Below are positions 9,524 to 19,223 of a stretch of 64,000 nucleotides of DNA, piece by piece. Position numbers and translations under genes: made by a program. The DNA comes from an uncultured delta proteobacterium (GTDB taxonomy: Bacteria > Desulfobacterota > Desulfuromonadia > Desulfuromonadales > JACZKF01), in contig CAWFKQ010000012.1 in assembly GCA_963816395.1 (NCBI GenBank), positions 10,972 to 74,971 on the forward strand. The letters are read 5' to 3'. Position 1 is the stretch's first letter. Every line of letters starts with the position of its first letter. The notes under the pieces were generated by a model. It was not told the DNA's origin. It ran no database searches and saw only the letters and a program-made list of their open reading frames with translations.

Positions 9524-10156
9524 TCAGCTTCGGGCCTGGCGGCGACGCAGCACCAGCCCGCTCAGGCCGGCGCCGAGCAGCAGCAGGGTTCCAGGTTCCG
9601 GCACCGGAGTCGAAGGCGGTCCCACGGCGAGGAAGTTGCTGGTCATATCATCAATCGCCTCGAACCGTCGCAGGTGGCCGGCAAACAGATACCCATCATC
9701 ATTGGCGAAGGCGAAATTTTCCGGCTCCAGGGAGGAGTCCAGGATATGAAAGCGCAGGGGGTCGTTCCCTTCACTGCCGAAGGCCGTCCCTTCCACGCCG
9801 AACTCAAACCGGCCGAACTCGGAGACATTCATGTTCGTGGCGACATTCCAGGTGCCGGTCTCGTCGACCACGATATTGCTGGTATCCAGCAAGGTATCGT
9901 CAAAATTGAAATAGAATTTGTCCCAGGTGAGATCGTTGCCATCCGTAAAATACCCGGTGTTCGCACCCACCTCGAAATCGATCCCGTCCATTCCCTTGGT
10001 AATGGACACGTAGCCGTACCCCGGCGGAATGGCCCCCGTCCAACTGCCGAAGGAATTGGACTGGTTGAAATAATAAACGAGTGCCTGGGACCGGGGCACC
10101 CACCCGGCAAGGAAAACCAAAAGCATGAGCAGCAGCCAGAGACCTCTTTTCATCAT
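9524..10156 (-). CDS. PEP-CTERM exosortase-substrate surface protein
   Basis: Signal peptide; C-terminal PVPEPGTLLLLGAGLSGLVLRRR. Confidence 0.95.
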   Translation of the reverse strand: MMKRGLWLLLMLLVFLAGWVPRSQALVYYFNQSNSFGSWTGAIPPGYGYVSITKGMDGIDFEVGANTGYFTDGNDLTWDKFYFNFDDTLLDTSNIVVDETGTWNVATNMNVSEFGRFEFGVEGTAFGSEGNDPLRFHILDSSLEPENFAFANDDGYLFAGHLRRFEAIDDMTSNFLAVGPPSTPVPEPGTLLLLGAGLSGLVLRRRQARS

Positions 10157-10200
10157 CGTTTCTCCTTTAGAGGGATAATAATTAAAATCTAAAGTTCCAT

Positions 10201-10374
10201 TAAGCAAAGACCATTCCCAATTTATAACTTAATGTTTTTGCTTATTTTTTATCAGAGACCAGATAAATAAAGGGGCTTTGTAAGAGAATGCCGACAGCTT
10301 CCGGCTACGGCAGTGCATCCTTCCTGCCGCACCCGCCCGGCCGCCGGAGAAGAGCGTGTAATCTTTTCCGAACA
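10201..10374 (-). promoter_or_regulatory. Sigma54 promoter plus two upstream TGT-N12-ACA enhancer-like sites for the PEP-CTERM gene
   Basis: TGGGAATGGTCTTTGCTTA (GG-N10-GC) at 10201-10219 minus; TGTAAGAGAATGCCGACA at 10279-10296 and TGTAATCTTTTCCGAACA at 10357-10374; AT-rich tract between them. Confidence 0.7.
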
Positions 10375-10424
10375 AACGGCGAGGCCGGTATTTACTACTT
10401 CATTACAGGCTATCTACTGTCTTT

Positions 10425-10910
10425 TCAGTAGATAGCTCCCAAAATCAGTCCATAAACCACATGGGCGACCAAGGTTACCAGGGGAGTGCGCCGCCCATAG
10501 TTGAGGGCCAGGAACCCCGGCGGTTCCAGCCAGCGGGTGGCACTCGGCCCGAAGCGCTCGTCGGCCATCCGCGGATGGATGTTCGGCAGCAGGACCATGA
10601 CTACGGCCAGCATCATCACGCCATGAAACAGGCCCAGCAGGCCGCCGAACCACCACCCCGCCAGCCCCAGCCAGTCGAAAACCAGGCCGTAGAGGAAGGC
10701 AAAAACCCAGCCGTTGAGAAAATGGACGGCGAAGCCGTAAACGTCGGCCCGGCGGCGGCTGACGGTAAAGAAGGTGCCGAGCATGAAGGGGAGGCTGATC
10801 CGCGACCAGCCGAATTTCTGGCTGGCTTCCAGAATAGTGGTCAATACTCCGGTAGCGATGAACCCGCCGACCAGGATTGTATAGACGTGATAACCGCTGC
10901 CTGCGTCCAT
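10425..10910 (-). CDS. Integral membrane hypothetical protein
   Basis: Four hydrophobic segments with intramembrane His; co-oriented downstream of the GH15 gene. Confidence 0.75.
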   Translation of the reverse strand: MDAGSGYHVYTILVGGFIATGVLTTILEASQKFGWSRISLPFMLGTFFTVSRRRADVYGFAVHFLNGWVFAFLYGLVFDWLGLAGWWFGGLLGLFHGVMMLAVVMVLLPNIHPRMADERFGPSATRWLEPPGFLALNYGRRTPLVTLVAHVVYGLILGAIY

Positions 10911-10947
10911 CCGGCTTCTCCCCTCAGTGGCGTTTAGCGTCGAACGC

Positions 10948-12768
10948 TCAGGGCTCTGTTTCCCCCTCGAGTTCCAGGGCGGCGGAGATCAGTCCCACAT
11001 GGGTGAAGGCCTGGGGAAGATTCCCTCGCATCTCCCAGGTCTCGGGATCGAATTCCTCTGAAAACAGGCCCAGATCGTTGCCCATGCCGAGATAGCGCTC
11101 GAACTCCTCGCGAGCCTCCTCCCGCCGACCCAGCCGTACCAGGTATTTAACCCTCCAGAAATTGCATATGCCGAACGCTCCCTCCACTGATGGCAGCTCG
11201 TCGAAAGCACTTGCATAACGCTTCAGGAAACCATTGCGCCCGAGGCGGCGGCAGATCTGCTCGAAGGTTGAGCGCATCCGCTCATTGTCGGCCTGCAGAT
11301 AGCCCACCAGGGGAGTCTGCAGCAGGGCGGCGTCCATTTCGTCCTCGCCGAAGCTGCCGACATAGCTGGAGAGGCGGGGATTGAAGCCGCGGTTTTCGAT
11401 TTCCTCCCGGATCGCCTCGCGGGTCCGGGTAAACTCCTCCACCGGAATATTCATCGGGAAGTTTTTATCCAGCTGCAGCAGCAGGTCGAGAGCTACCCAG
11501 CTCATCACCTTGGAGTAGGTGAACTGCCGGGGTTTCCCGGGCATCTCCCAGATCCCCTTGTCCGGCTCCCGCCAGCAGCGGCAGACCGTTCTGCCGAGTC
11601 CCGCCAGCATTTTCGCCTCGCCCCGATCGAGATTCCCGCCGCGGCGGACAAATTCGTAGGCGGCGGCGATCAGTTCGCCGTAGATGTCGAGCTGAAACTG
11701 TCGCCAGGCCCGGTTCCCTTCCCGTACGGGCTGCGATCCGCGGTAGCCCTCCAGGTGCGACAGGTTCCTTTCCGGCAGGCGCGCCTCGCCATGCACGCTG
11801 TAGACCGTCTGCAGCCGCGGCCAGGTCAGGCGGGTGGCATAGAGAAGCCAGTTCAAAAATGCTTCGGCCTCGGCCCGATAGCCGAGGTCGTAAAGAGAGC
11901 GGAGGGTCCAGGAGGCGTCACGCAGCCAGCAGTAGCGGTAATCGTAATTGCGCTTGCCGCCGATCGCCTCGGGCAGGGAGGTGGTGGCGGCGGCGATGAC
12001 CGCCCCGGAAGGGGCGTAGGTGAGGAGCTTGAGAGCCAGGGCGCTGCGGACCACCGTTTCCCGGTAGCGGCCCCGATAGCGGCAGTTGGCGGCCCAGTCG
12101 CGCCACCAGCGCACGGAGCGGGCGAGAAAATCGTCGGCCGTGGCGCCGAGCGGCGGCACGATGGCCGGCTCGCCGTGCGCCGAGACCAGCGAGAGCGCCC
12201 GCCGGTCGCCGCGGCGCAGGATGCTCCGGCCGCCGGCTCCGCCGCCGTCGGGCAGCCGCTGCAGCGGCAGGTCGGCAAGGAGGATCAACTGCAGATCCCG
12301 GTGCTCGAACCAGAAACCGAAAGCCCCGCGGTCCATGACGCGGGGCATCGCGCGGGCGAAATCGGGACGCGGCTCACAGATCACCTCCACTTCCACCTCC
12401 CCCTCCAGGCACTCGAGGAGCCGCAGGATCTGGTGGTCGGGCCAGGGAATTCGTTCCTTCTCCTCTTCCGAGGCGACCGGCATGAAATCGGTCAGGCGCA
12501 GGCTGCCGCCGGCGGTGGTAAAGGTGGTTTCGAGGACATTGGTATCTTCCAGGTAACGGCGGCTGGTACTGAACGGTCCGACCGGGCAGACGAGAAAGCG
12601 GCCGCCGCGGCGGACATCGAGCAGGCGGGCGAAGACGGCAGGGGCGTCGAAGCGGGGCAGACAGAGCCAGTCGAGGGAGCCTTCCCGCGAGATGAGGGCG
12701 GCGGTCCGGCAGTTGCCGATGATCGCGTAATCGCCGATGCGCCGGTAGAACGGGTAAGCTTCCGCCAT
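10948..12768 (-). CDS. Glycoside hydrolase family 15 (trehalase/glucoamylase-like)
   Basis: IGDYAIIGN, LDWLCLPRFD, TTSLPE..GG.RNYDYRYCWLRD, GNLPQAFTH. Confidence 0.93.
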   Translation of the reverse strand: MAEAYPFYRRIGDYAIIGNCRTAALISREGSLDWLCLPRFDAPAVFARLLDVRRGGRFLVCPVGPFSTSRRYLEDTNVLETTFTTAGGSLRLTDFMPVASEEEKERIPWPDHQILRLLECLEGEVEVEVICEPRPDFARAMPRVMDRGAFGFWFEHRDLQLILLADLPLQRLPDGGGAGGRSILRRGDRRALSLVSAHGEPAIVPPLGATADDFLARSVRWWRDWAANCRYRGRYRETVVRSALALKLLTYAPSGAVIAAATTSLPEAIGGKRNYDYRYCWLRDASWTLRSLYDLGYRAEAEAFLNWLLYATRLTWPRLQTVYSVHGEARLPERNLSHLEGYRGSQPVREGNRAWRQFQLDIYGELIAAAYEFVRRGGNLDRGEAKMLAGLGRTVCRCWREPDKGIWEMPGKPRQFTYSKVMSWVALDLLLQLDKNFPMNIPVEEFTRTREAIREEIENRGFNPRLSSYVGSFGEDEMDAALLQTPLVGYLQADNERMRSTFEQICRRLGRNGFLKRYASAFDELPSVEGAFGICNFWRVKYLVRLGRREEAREEFERYLGMGNDLGLFSEEFDPETWEMRGNLPQAFTHVGLISAALELEGETEP

Positions 12769-12862
12769 CCGGGTGCTCCCAACCGAAAATGGGTTCTCGG
12801 GTATCCGGAAAAAGTAACCGGCAAGACCCAGTTTAGCGACGATCCGGCCGATTTCCAGCGTT

Positions 12863-13648
12863 TCAGGGGATAATGCGCAACTGGTGGGCGGGGGTGAAGT
12901 AGCGGCGGTAGCCCTGCAGGAGGATGAGAAAGGCGGTGATCGCCACGCTGCCGGTGATGGCGCACATGATGGCGATCTGGTATTTGACGGCGAGCACGGG
13001 GGCGGTGCCGGAGAGGATCTGGCCGGTCATCATGCCGGGGAGGAAGACCAGGCCCATGGCGGCCATGGTGTTGGTGGTGGGGATCAGGGCGGCGCGAAAG
13101 GCGCTGCGCACCGCGTCGCGGCTGGCCTGCCGGGAGGTCGCGCCGAGGCAGAGGGCGGCCTCGATCTCCTCCCGGCGCTCGCGCATCTCGGCCGCCAGAC
13201 GCTCGGCCGCCAGGCTGGCGCCGTTCATCGAATTGCCGATGATCATCCCCGCCAGGGGGATCAGGTAGCGCGGGTCGTACCAGGGATGCAGGCCGATCAC
13301 CAGCAGGCAGAAGAAGAAGGTGATGCCGCCGCAGCCGATAATGATGGCGGAGCCGACCACCCGGTAGAAGGCGGGCATTTTTCCCTTCACCCGGCCGCCC
13401 AGGACCTGGATGGAAAAACCTGCCATCACCAGCAGGATGAGAAGGACCGGCAGCGGCGCCGAAACGGCGAAGATCAGGTGCAGGAGGTAACCGATGGCAA
13501 AGAGCTGCAGGACCATGCGCACGGAAGCCCACAGCAGCTCCCGCTCCTGTCCGATCCCCTGCAGGCGGGCCAGGGCGGCGGCCAGGAGGATCAGGGAATA
13601 GCCGATGGCCAGGTCGGCCAGGCTGAGATCGATGATCCCGTTTTCCAT
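12863..13648 (-). CDS. fetB: ABC transporter permease, FetB/UPF0014 family
   Basis: YLIPLAGMIIGNSMN, LPGMMTGQILSG, AVKYQI. Confidence 0.88.
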   Translation of the reverse strand: MENGIIDLSLADLAIGYSLILLAAALARLQGIGQERELLWASVRMVLQLFAIGYLLHLIFAVSAPLPVLLILLVMAGFSIQVLGGRVKGKMPAFYRVVGSAIIIGCGGITFFFCLLVIGLHPWYDPRYLIPLAGMIIGNSMNGASLAAERLAAEMRERREEIEAALCLGATSRQASRDAVRSAFRAALIPTTNTMAAMGLVFLPGMMTGQILSGTAPVLAVKYQIAIMCAITGSVAITAFLILLQGYRRYFTPAHQLRIIP

Positions 13649-14398
13649 TCAGGGCTCGCTTGCGGGTTGCTCGAGAAAACTCCGCAGGGCCTCGCTTTGC
13701 GGACGGGCCAGCAGTTCGCCAGCCGCTCCTTCCTCGAGGATGCGGCCTCCCGCCAGAAAGGCCAGTCGGTCGGCCACCCTTTCAGCCAGACGCAGATCGT
13801 GGGTGACCATCAGCACGGTCAGCTGCCGGGAGCGGCAGATTTCCCGCAGGGTATCGGCCAGACGGTCGCCGGTGGGACGGTCGAGAGCGCTGGTCGGCTC
13901 ATCCAGCACCAGCACCTCGGGCCCGGCGAGCAGCGCCCGCGCCAGTCCGACCCGCTGCTGCTGCCCGAGAGACAGGGTAGCGGCATCGCGCGGCAGCAGC
14001 CCGGTCTCGACCCGGCAGAGTTCGAGGGTGAGTCGCAGTTGCGGATCTGCTTCCCCGGGCGGCGGGCTCCGCCGGTAAAGGAAGAAACGCTGGAGGTTGT
14101 CGAGCACGGTACCGGCGAACATGAACGGCTTCTGCGGCACCAGAGCCACCTGCCGGCGCAGTTGCAGGGGATCGAATTCCCGCAGGTCCCGGCCGTCGAG
14201 AAGAATACGGCCGCTATCCGGGTCCTCCAGACGGTTGAGCAGCCGCACCAGGGTGCTCTTGCCGCCGCCGGAAGGGCCGATGATCACCGTCAGCTCCCCG
14301 GCGCCGGCGCTCAGAGACAGATCCCGGAGGATTTCAACCGGGATGCCGTCGGCCCCCGGCCGGCTCTTGCGAATGCCCTCCAGGCGGAGTTCGGCCAC
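13649..14398 (-). CDS. ABC transporter ATP-binding protein (FetA-like)
   Basis: GPSGGGKS, LSLGQQQR, LDEPTSALD. Confidence 0.9.
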   Translation of the reverse strand: MAELRLEGIRKSRPGADGIPVEILRDLSLSAGAGELTVIIGPSGGGKSTLVRLLNRLEDPDSGRILLDGRDLREFDPLQLRRQVALVPQKPFMFAGTVLDNLQRFFLYRRSPPPGEADPQLRLTLELCRVETGLLPRDAATLSLGQQQRVGLARALLAGPEVLVLDEPTSALDRPTGDRLADTLREICRSRQLTVLMVTHDLRLAERVADRLAFLAGGRILEEGAAGELLARPQSEALRSFLEQPASEP

Positions 14399-15132
14399 TA
14401 TCTATCCGCCTCGCGCAGCCGCTGCATCACCTGCTTCATGTCTTCCCACACCTCCCGTTTCCCCGCCGGATTGCGCAGCAGGTAGGCCGGGTGATAGGTC
14501 GGCATCAGGGGAATCCCCTCGTATTCCCGCCATTGGCCGCGCAGCCGGCTGATCGGCGCCGGGTCACGCAGCAGGGTCTGGACGGCAAACCGGCCGAGGG
14601 TGACGATCAGGCGTGGCCGGATGGCGGCGAGCTGCCGCTTCAGGTACGGCTCGCAGGCGGCGATCTCCTCCGGCTGGGGATCGCGGTTCCCCGGCGGCCG
14701 GCATTTTTCCACATTGCAGATATAGACTTCCTGCCGCTGCAGCCCCATGGCGAAGAGGATCCGGTCGAGCAGCCGCCCCGCTTCGCCGACGAACGGTTCC
14801 CCCTTCTCGTCCTCTTCCCGCCCCGGCGCCTCCCCGACCAGGACCAGCCTGGCGTGCGGATTGCCGGTGCCGAAAACGATGTTCCGTCGTCCCTGGCAAA
14901 GGGCGCAGCGGCGGCATCCCTCCAGCTCGGCGCGGATCTCCTCCAGCGTTTCACGGCGGCAGAGCACCTCACCGCCAGCATCGATACCGGCTATCCCGGG
15001 CGGGCAGGGAGGAAGATCGGCGGGCAGCGAGGGAACGGCAACCTCCGCCAGCCCCAGCCGCCCCAGATCCTCCAACAGGCCGCGGGCCTCCGCCACCGCC
15101 TGGCGCATTTCCTGTCTCAGGGCGTCCGGCAT
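14398..15132 (-). CDS. Uracil-DNA glycosylase family 4 (Fe-S)
   Basis: CRRCALC, GEAPGREED, PFVG, KCRPPGNRDP, TYHPAYLLR. Confidence 0.93.
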   Translation of the reverse strand: MPDALRQEMRQAVAEARGLLEDLGRLGLAEVAVPSLPADLPPCPPGIAGIDAGGEVLCRRETLEEIRAELEGCRRCALCQGRRNIVFGTGNPHARLVLVGEAPGREEDEKGEPFVGEAGRLLDRILFAMGLQRQEVYICNVEKCRPPGNRDPQPEEIAACEPYLKRQLAAIRPRLIVTLGRFAVQTLLRDPAPISRLRGQWREYEGIPLMPTYHPAYLLRNPAGKREVWEDMKQVMQRLREADR

Positions 15133-15195
15133 TGTTTCTTTACATCCCGGTTGGAGTGGACTATCTTTTTTATTCATGATCGATTTCGAGGCCCG

Positions 15196-16101
15196 ATGGC
15201 TCTCCCGGCACTACTTCTCACCACCCTGCTCATCCTTTGCCCCACCGATGCCCTGGCTTGGGGGGTGGGGGTGCACCTGCAGCTCGGCTCATCCGTACTG
15301 AACAGCCTGCAGGCCCTGCCGCCAGTGCTGCAGGGCCTGCTCGAAGCCTATCCTTACGATTTCCTGTACGGCTGCATCAGCGCCGACATCACTCTCGGCA
15401 AAAAGTTCACGCATTATCTCAATCACTGCCATTCCTGGCGGATGGGGCGCAAGATCCTCGAGGCCGCCGTGACCGATTCCGAGAAGGCCTGCGCCTACGG
15501 CTACCTTGCGCATCTGGCGGCGGATACCGTGGCACACTCCTTCTTCGTCCCCTACAAGATGGTGCGCACCTTCAACACCATCCTGCTCAAGCACACCTAC
15601 TGGGAAATGCGCAGCGAAGCCGGGGTGGATCCGCAGATCTGGCTCCTGGCCCGCTCCATCGCCCGCAAAGATTTCCAGGGGAATGACGCCCTGATGCGCG
15701 GCGTGCTGTCGGACACCATCTTTTCCTTCAATACCAACAAGCGGCTGTTCAACTCCATCCTCCTGCTTTCCCGCCTGCAGCAGTACCAGAAGATGCTGCG
15801 CTCCCTCTCCCGCGTCTCCAGATACACCCTGGAACGAGAGGACAGGGACCATTACCTGATCCTGGCCAAAGAGGCCTCCTTCAGCATTCTCCAAGGCATG
15901 GAGCAAAGCGTCTTCTGGAAGGCCGACCCCACCGGCGAACGGGCACTGAACGCGGCCAAGCTGATCCGCCGCAACCTGAATCTCCTCTGGCTCGACGGCA
16001 AACTCGCCCCCGAGGAGGCCGAGGAAATCCTCGGCCAGCTCAAGCCGAAATTCCGCCAGGGGATCACCGAGCCCGACCGCCTGCTGGAGCTGCTTTCCTG
16101 A
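15196..16101 (+). CDS. Zinc-dependent phospholipase C family protein
   Basis: Signal peptide then WG...H, GYLAHLAADTVAH, KHTYWE motifs. Confidence 0.8.
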   Translation: MALPALLLTTLLILCPTDALAWGVGVHLQLGSSVLNSLQALPPVLQGLLEAYPYDFLYGCISADITLGKKFTHYLNHCHSWRMGRKILEAAVTDSEKACAYGYLAHLAADTVAHSFFVPYKMVRTFNTILLKHTYWEMRSEAGVDPQIWLLARSIARKDFQGNDALMRGVLSDTIFSFNTNKRLFNSILLLSRLQQYQKMLRSLSRVSRYTLEREDRDHYLILAKEASFSILQGMEQSVFWKADPTGERALNAAKLIRRNLNLLWLDGKLAPEEAEEILGQLKPKFRQGITEPDRLLELLS

Positions 16102-16169
16102 CCGACCGGCGGCTCGAGGAAGAGCGACTCGGTGGCCCGCTTCCTCATCCTTTTCCCCTGCGAGCTTCC

Positions 16170-17370
16170 CGGCCTCTGTCTGCGCAGCGCCAGGACGCGA
16201 TCGAGCAGCTGCTCCGGCCACCGCCTCCTTCGCCATCTGCGGCAGTTCCTCCACCGTTCCGTCGCGGTGCAGCAGGCGGACGATATTGGTTTCCAGGTCA
16301 AAACCGGCGCCCGGTTCGGTCACATCATTGGCGACGATCAGATCGAGGTTTTTCTCCCGCAGCTTGCGGCCGGCGTTCGCCAGCAGATCGGCGGTCTCGG
16401 CGGCAAAGCCGACCAGCACCCGCCCGCCCTTCAGGGAGCCGAGTTCGGCCAGGATATCGGGATTTTTGACCAGCTTCAGCAGCAGCTCCGCCGCCTCCCC
16501 CTTTTTGATCTTTTGCGCGGCCGCTGCGGCCGGCCGGTAATCGGCGACCGCCGCGGCCTTGATCACCACGGTGGACGCCGGCAGTTTCGCCAGCACCGCC
16601 TCGCGCATCTGCTCGGCGCTGGTCACCGGCACCGTCTCCACTCCGTCGGGCGGGGTCAGCCCGGTCGGCCCGGAGACCAGGATGACGCGGGCACCGCGCC
16701 GGCGGGCGACGGCGGCAACGGCATAGCCCATGCGGCCGGAGGAGCGGTTGCTGAGGAAGCGCACCGGGTCGATTTCCTCCCGCGTTGGACCGGCGGTAAC
16801 GAGGATCGTCTCCCCGGCCAGATCCTGCGGCGCCAGCATCCGCTCGGATTCGGTGAAGATGGCCGCCGGCTCGGGCAGTTTCCCCTTCCCCTCCCAGCCG
16901 CAGGCGAGAAAGCCGGTCGCCGGCGCCATGAAACGGTAGCCCAGCCCCTGCAGCTTCTCCTCATTCTGGCGGTAGATAGGGTTTTCATACATGTTGACGT
17001 TCATCGACGGCACGAAGAGGACCGGTGCCCGGGTGGCCATCAGGGTGGTGGTGAGCAGGTCGTCGGCGATGCCGGCCGCCAACTTGCCGACCACGTTGGC
17101 CGTCGCCGGCGCCACCACGAAGAGATCGGCCCGGTCGGCCAGGGAAATGTGCCCGATCTCCTTTTCCTGATAGAGATTGAACAGGTCGGTGTGGACCGGG
17201 TTGCCGGAGAGGGTCTGGAAGGTAAGCGGGGTGACGAATTCCTGCGCACTGGCGGTCATGATCACATGCACCTCGGCCCCCGCCTTCACGTACAGCCGCA
17301 GCAGTTCCACCGCCTTGTAGACCGCAATGCCGCCGCAGACCCCGAGAACTATCTTCTTACCTTGCAGCAT
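16170..17370 (-). CDS. coaBC: Bifunctional phosphopantothenoylcysteine decarboxylase/ligase; apparent frameshift near the 3' end, end approximate
   Basis: GGIAVYK, APATAN, PSMN, TAGPTRE.IDPVRFLSNRSSG, AAVADY, GFAAET, ANDV. Confidence 0.93.
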
Positions 17371-17379
17371 CAGAAAACC

Positions 17380-17460
17380 TCGTCGCTGGTCGCTGGTCAC
17401 CGGTCCCTGGTCATTCGTTGAGGGCAAATGGCCAGGGACTGAGTGACCAATGACGATTCT
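17380..17460. repeat. Heptamer-periodic palindromic element
   Basis: GTCGCTG GTCGCTG GTCACCG GTCCCTG GTCATT mirrored by AATGGCCAGGGACTGAGTGACCAATGAC. Confidence 0.75.
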
Positions 17461-18076
17461 AAAGGAACGGATTCGTCCTTTTTTCCCGGCCGATGGTGGT
17501 GTCCGGGCCGTGCCCGGGGTGGACGATGGTGTCGTCGGGGAGCACCAGCAGCCGCTCGCGGATGGCGCCGACCAACTGGTTGTGGTCGCAGCCCGGCAAG
17601 TCGGTGCGGCCAATCGAGTTGGCGAAAAGGGCATCCCCGGAGAAAAGGTGCTGCCCGGAAAGCAGGCAGATGCCGCCGGGGGAATGGCCAGGGGTATGGA
17701 TGACGGTCAGGGCGATTTCACCGACCGCCAGCACCTCCCCACCGGCAAGCAGCCGGGACGGTTGCGGCGAAGGGATCGCCGCCAGCCCGTAGAAGGCGGC
17801 GTGACCGCTCGCCTGCTGCAGCCAGGGGAGATCGGCCTGGTGGATGAGCAGCTCGGCGCCGGTCTCCTCCACCAGCAGCCGGTTTCCTCCGACGTGATCG
17901 AAATGTCCGTGGGTGTTGATGACAGTCTGCAATTCCAGCCCGGCATCGGCCAGGGTGGCGAGAATCCGCTTCCCCTCATCCCCAGGGTCGATGACCGCCG
18001 CCCGGCGGGTCTTCTCGCACCCCACAATGTAACAGTTCACCTGCAGCGGCCCCACTACCAGGGTTTCGATCAGCAT
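17459..18076 (-). CDS. MBL-fold hydrolase (glyoxalase II-like)
   Basis: THGHFDHVG, HTPGHSPG, GRTDLPG, PGHG. Confidence 0.9.
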   Translation of the reverse strand: MLIETLVVGPLQVNCYIVGCEKTRRAAVIDPGDEGKRILATLADAGLELQTVINTHGHFDHVGGNRLLVEETGAELLIHQADLPWLQQASGHAAFYGLAAIPSPQPSRLLAGGEVLAVGEIALTVIHTPGHSPGGICLLSGQHLFSGDALFANSIGRTDLPGCDHNQLVGAIRERLLVLPDDTIVHPGHGPDTTIGREKRTNPFL

Positions 18077-18080
18077 CAGC

Positions 18081-19223
18081 TTACTCCCCTTCCTTGTCAT
18101 CGGGGCTGAACAGGTCCAGGCTCTTCCCTCTCAGCTGGTCCCCGAGGGTGAAACCGAAGCCCCGTTTTTTCTGCTCGGTCTTCCTCTCCTCCCGAACCGG
18201 TGGCCGGGCACTCGGGGCGACCGCCGGTTGCAGAGGAGCCGGCGGTATTTCCTTCACCTTCGCCGGCACCGGCACCTGCTCCCCCTTGAAGAAATAGCGA
18301 TCATAAAGACGGTGATAACTTGTCCAGGCGCCGCCGTTGTCCGGCTCCCGCTCGATGTGGGTACGCACGCCATTGATTTTCGAATCGAGATCGTCCAGGT
18401 AATTGAGAATGACCGCCTCGAGGGTCTTGGGCCGTTTCGGAGAGCCGAATTCATACTGCCCGTGATGGGAAAGCAGCAGATGCTTGAGCATGACCGTTCG
18501 TTGCCGCGGGAAGTCGGGGAGTTGCCGGATCATCTCCTCCACCATTTCCACCCCCATGACGATGTGCCCGATCAGCTTTCCCTCATCGGTGTAGTCGAAG
18601 GTACGTTCGTAGCAGAGTTCGGCGACCTTGCCGATGTCGTGCAGCAGGGCTCCGGTCACCAGCAGATCGCGGTCGATGCCGGGATAGCGGCAGCTGACGT
18701 CATCGGCCAGCCCGGCGACAGCCAGAGAATGTTCCAGCAGCCCGCCCAGGTACACGTGGTGCATTGTTTTGGCCGCCGGCGCCGTACTGAAACGCTGCAG
18801 GAAATTCGCGTCGGCGAGAAAGGCCGTCATCAGGCGCTTCAGGTTAACATCCTGCAGAGAGTCGATCTTTTCGATCAGCTCGGCCGTCAGTTCGGCGCTG
18901 CTGCGGCGGGAGACCGGCAGAAAATCGGCGAGACTGACCTCCGCCTCCGCCACCGCCTGCAGATCCTGGATGATCAGCTGCATCTTCCCCAGATAGACGC
19001 TGGCCTTACCCTGCACCCGGAGGAAATCGTCGCGCTCGAAGCGGCCGGCGAACTCATCCACACGGTCCCAGACCCTTCCTTCCACCTCACCGGTGCGATC
19101 GACCAGTTTAAGGGTCATGTACGGTTTGCCGTTCTTGGCCATGGCCATGATCTTGTCGCGCACCAGAAAAGGGCTGTCCACCCAGTCCCGCTCGCGTATC
19201 TGTTCCACAAAAATTTTTTTCAC
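18081..19223 (-). CDS. YhaM-like 3'-5' exoribonuclease (OB + HD)
   Basis: N-terminal OB fold, APAA..MHH..GGLLEHS, LLHDIGK, SHHG..EFGSP. Confidence 0.9.
   Translation of the reverse strand: MKKIFVEQIRERDWVDSPFLVRDKIMAMAKNGKPYMTLKLVDRTGEVEGRVWDRVDEFAGRFERDDFLRVQGKASVYLGKMQLIIQDLQAVAEAEVSLADFLPVSRRSSAELTAELIEKIDSLQDVNLKRLMTAFLADANFLQRFSTAPAAKTMHHVYLGGLLEHSLAVAGLADDVSCRYPGIDRDLLVTGALLHDIGKVAELCYERTFDYTDEGKLIGHIVMGVEMVEEMIRQLPDFPRQRTVMLKHLLLSHHGQYEFGSPKRPKTLEAVILNYLDDLDSKINGVRTHIEREPDNGGAWTSYHRLYDRYFFKGEQVPVPAKVKEIPPAPLQPAVAPSARPPVREERKTEQKKRGFGFTLGDQLRGKSLDLFSPDDKEGE

Noticed and set aside
15289..17634. 781-aa extended CoaBC
   Set aside because: Readthrough caused by a 3' frameshift into the antisense strand of the phospholipase gene.
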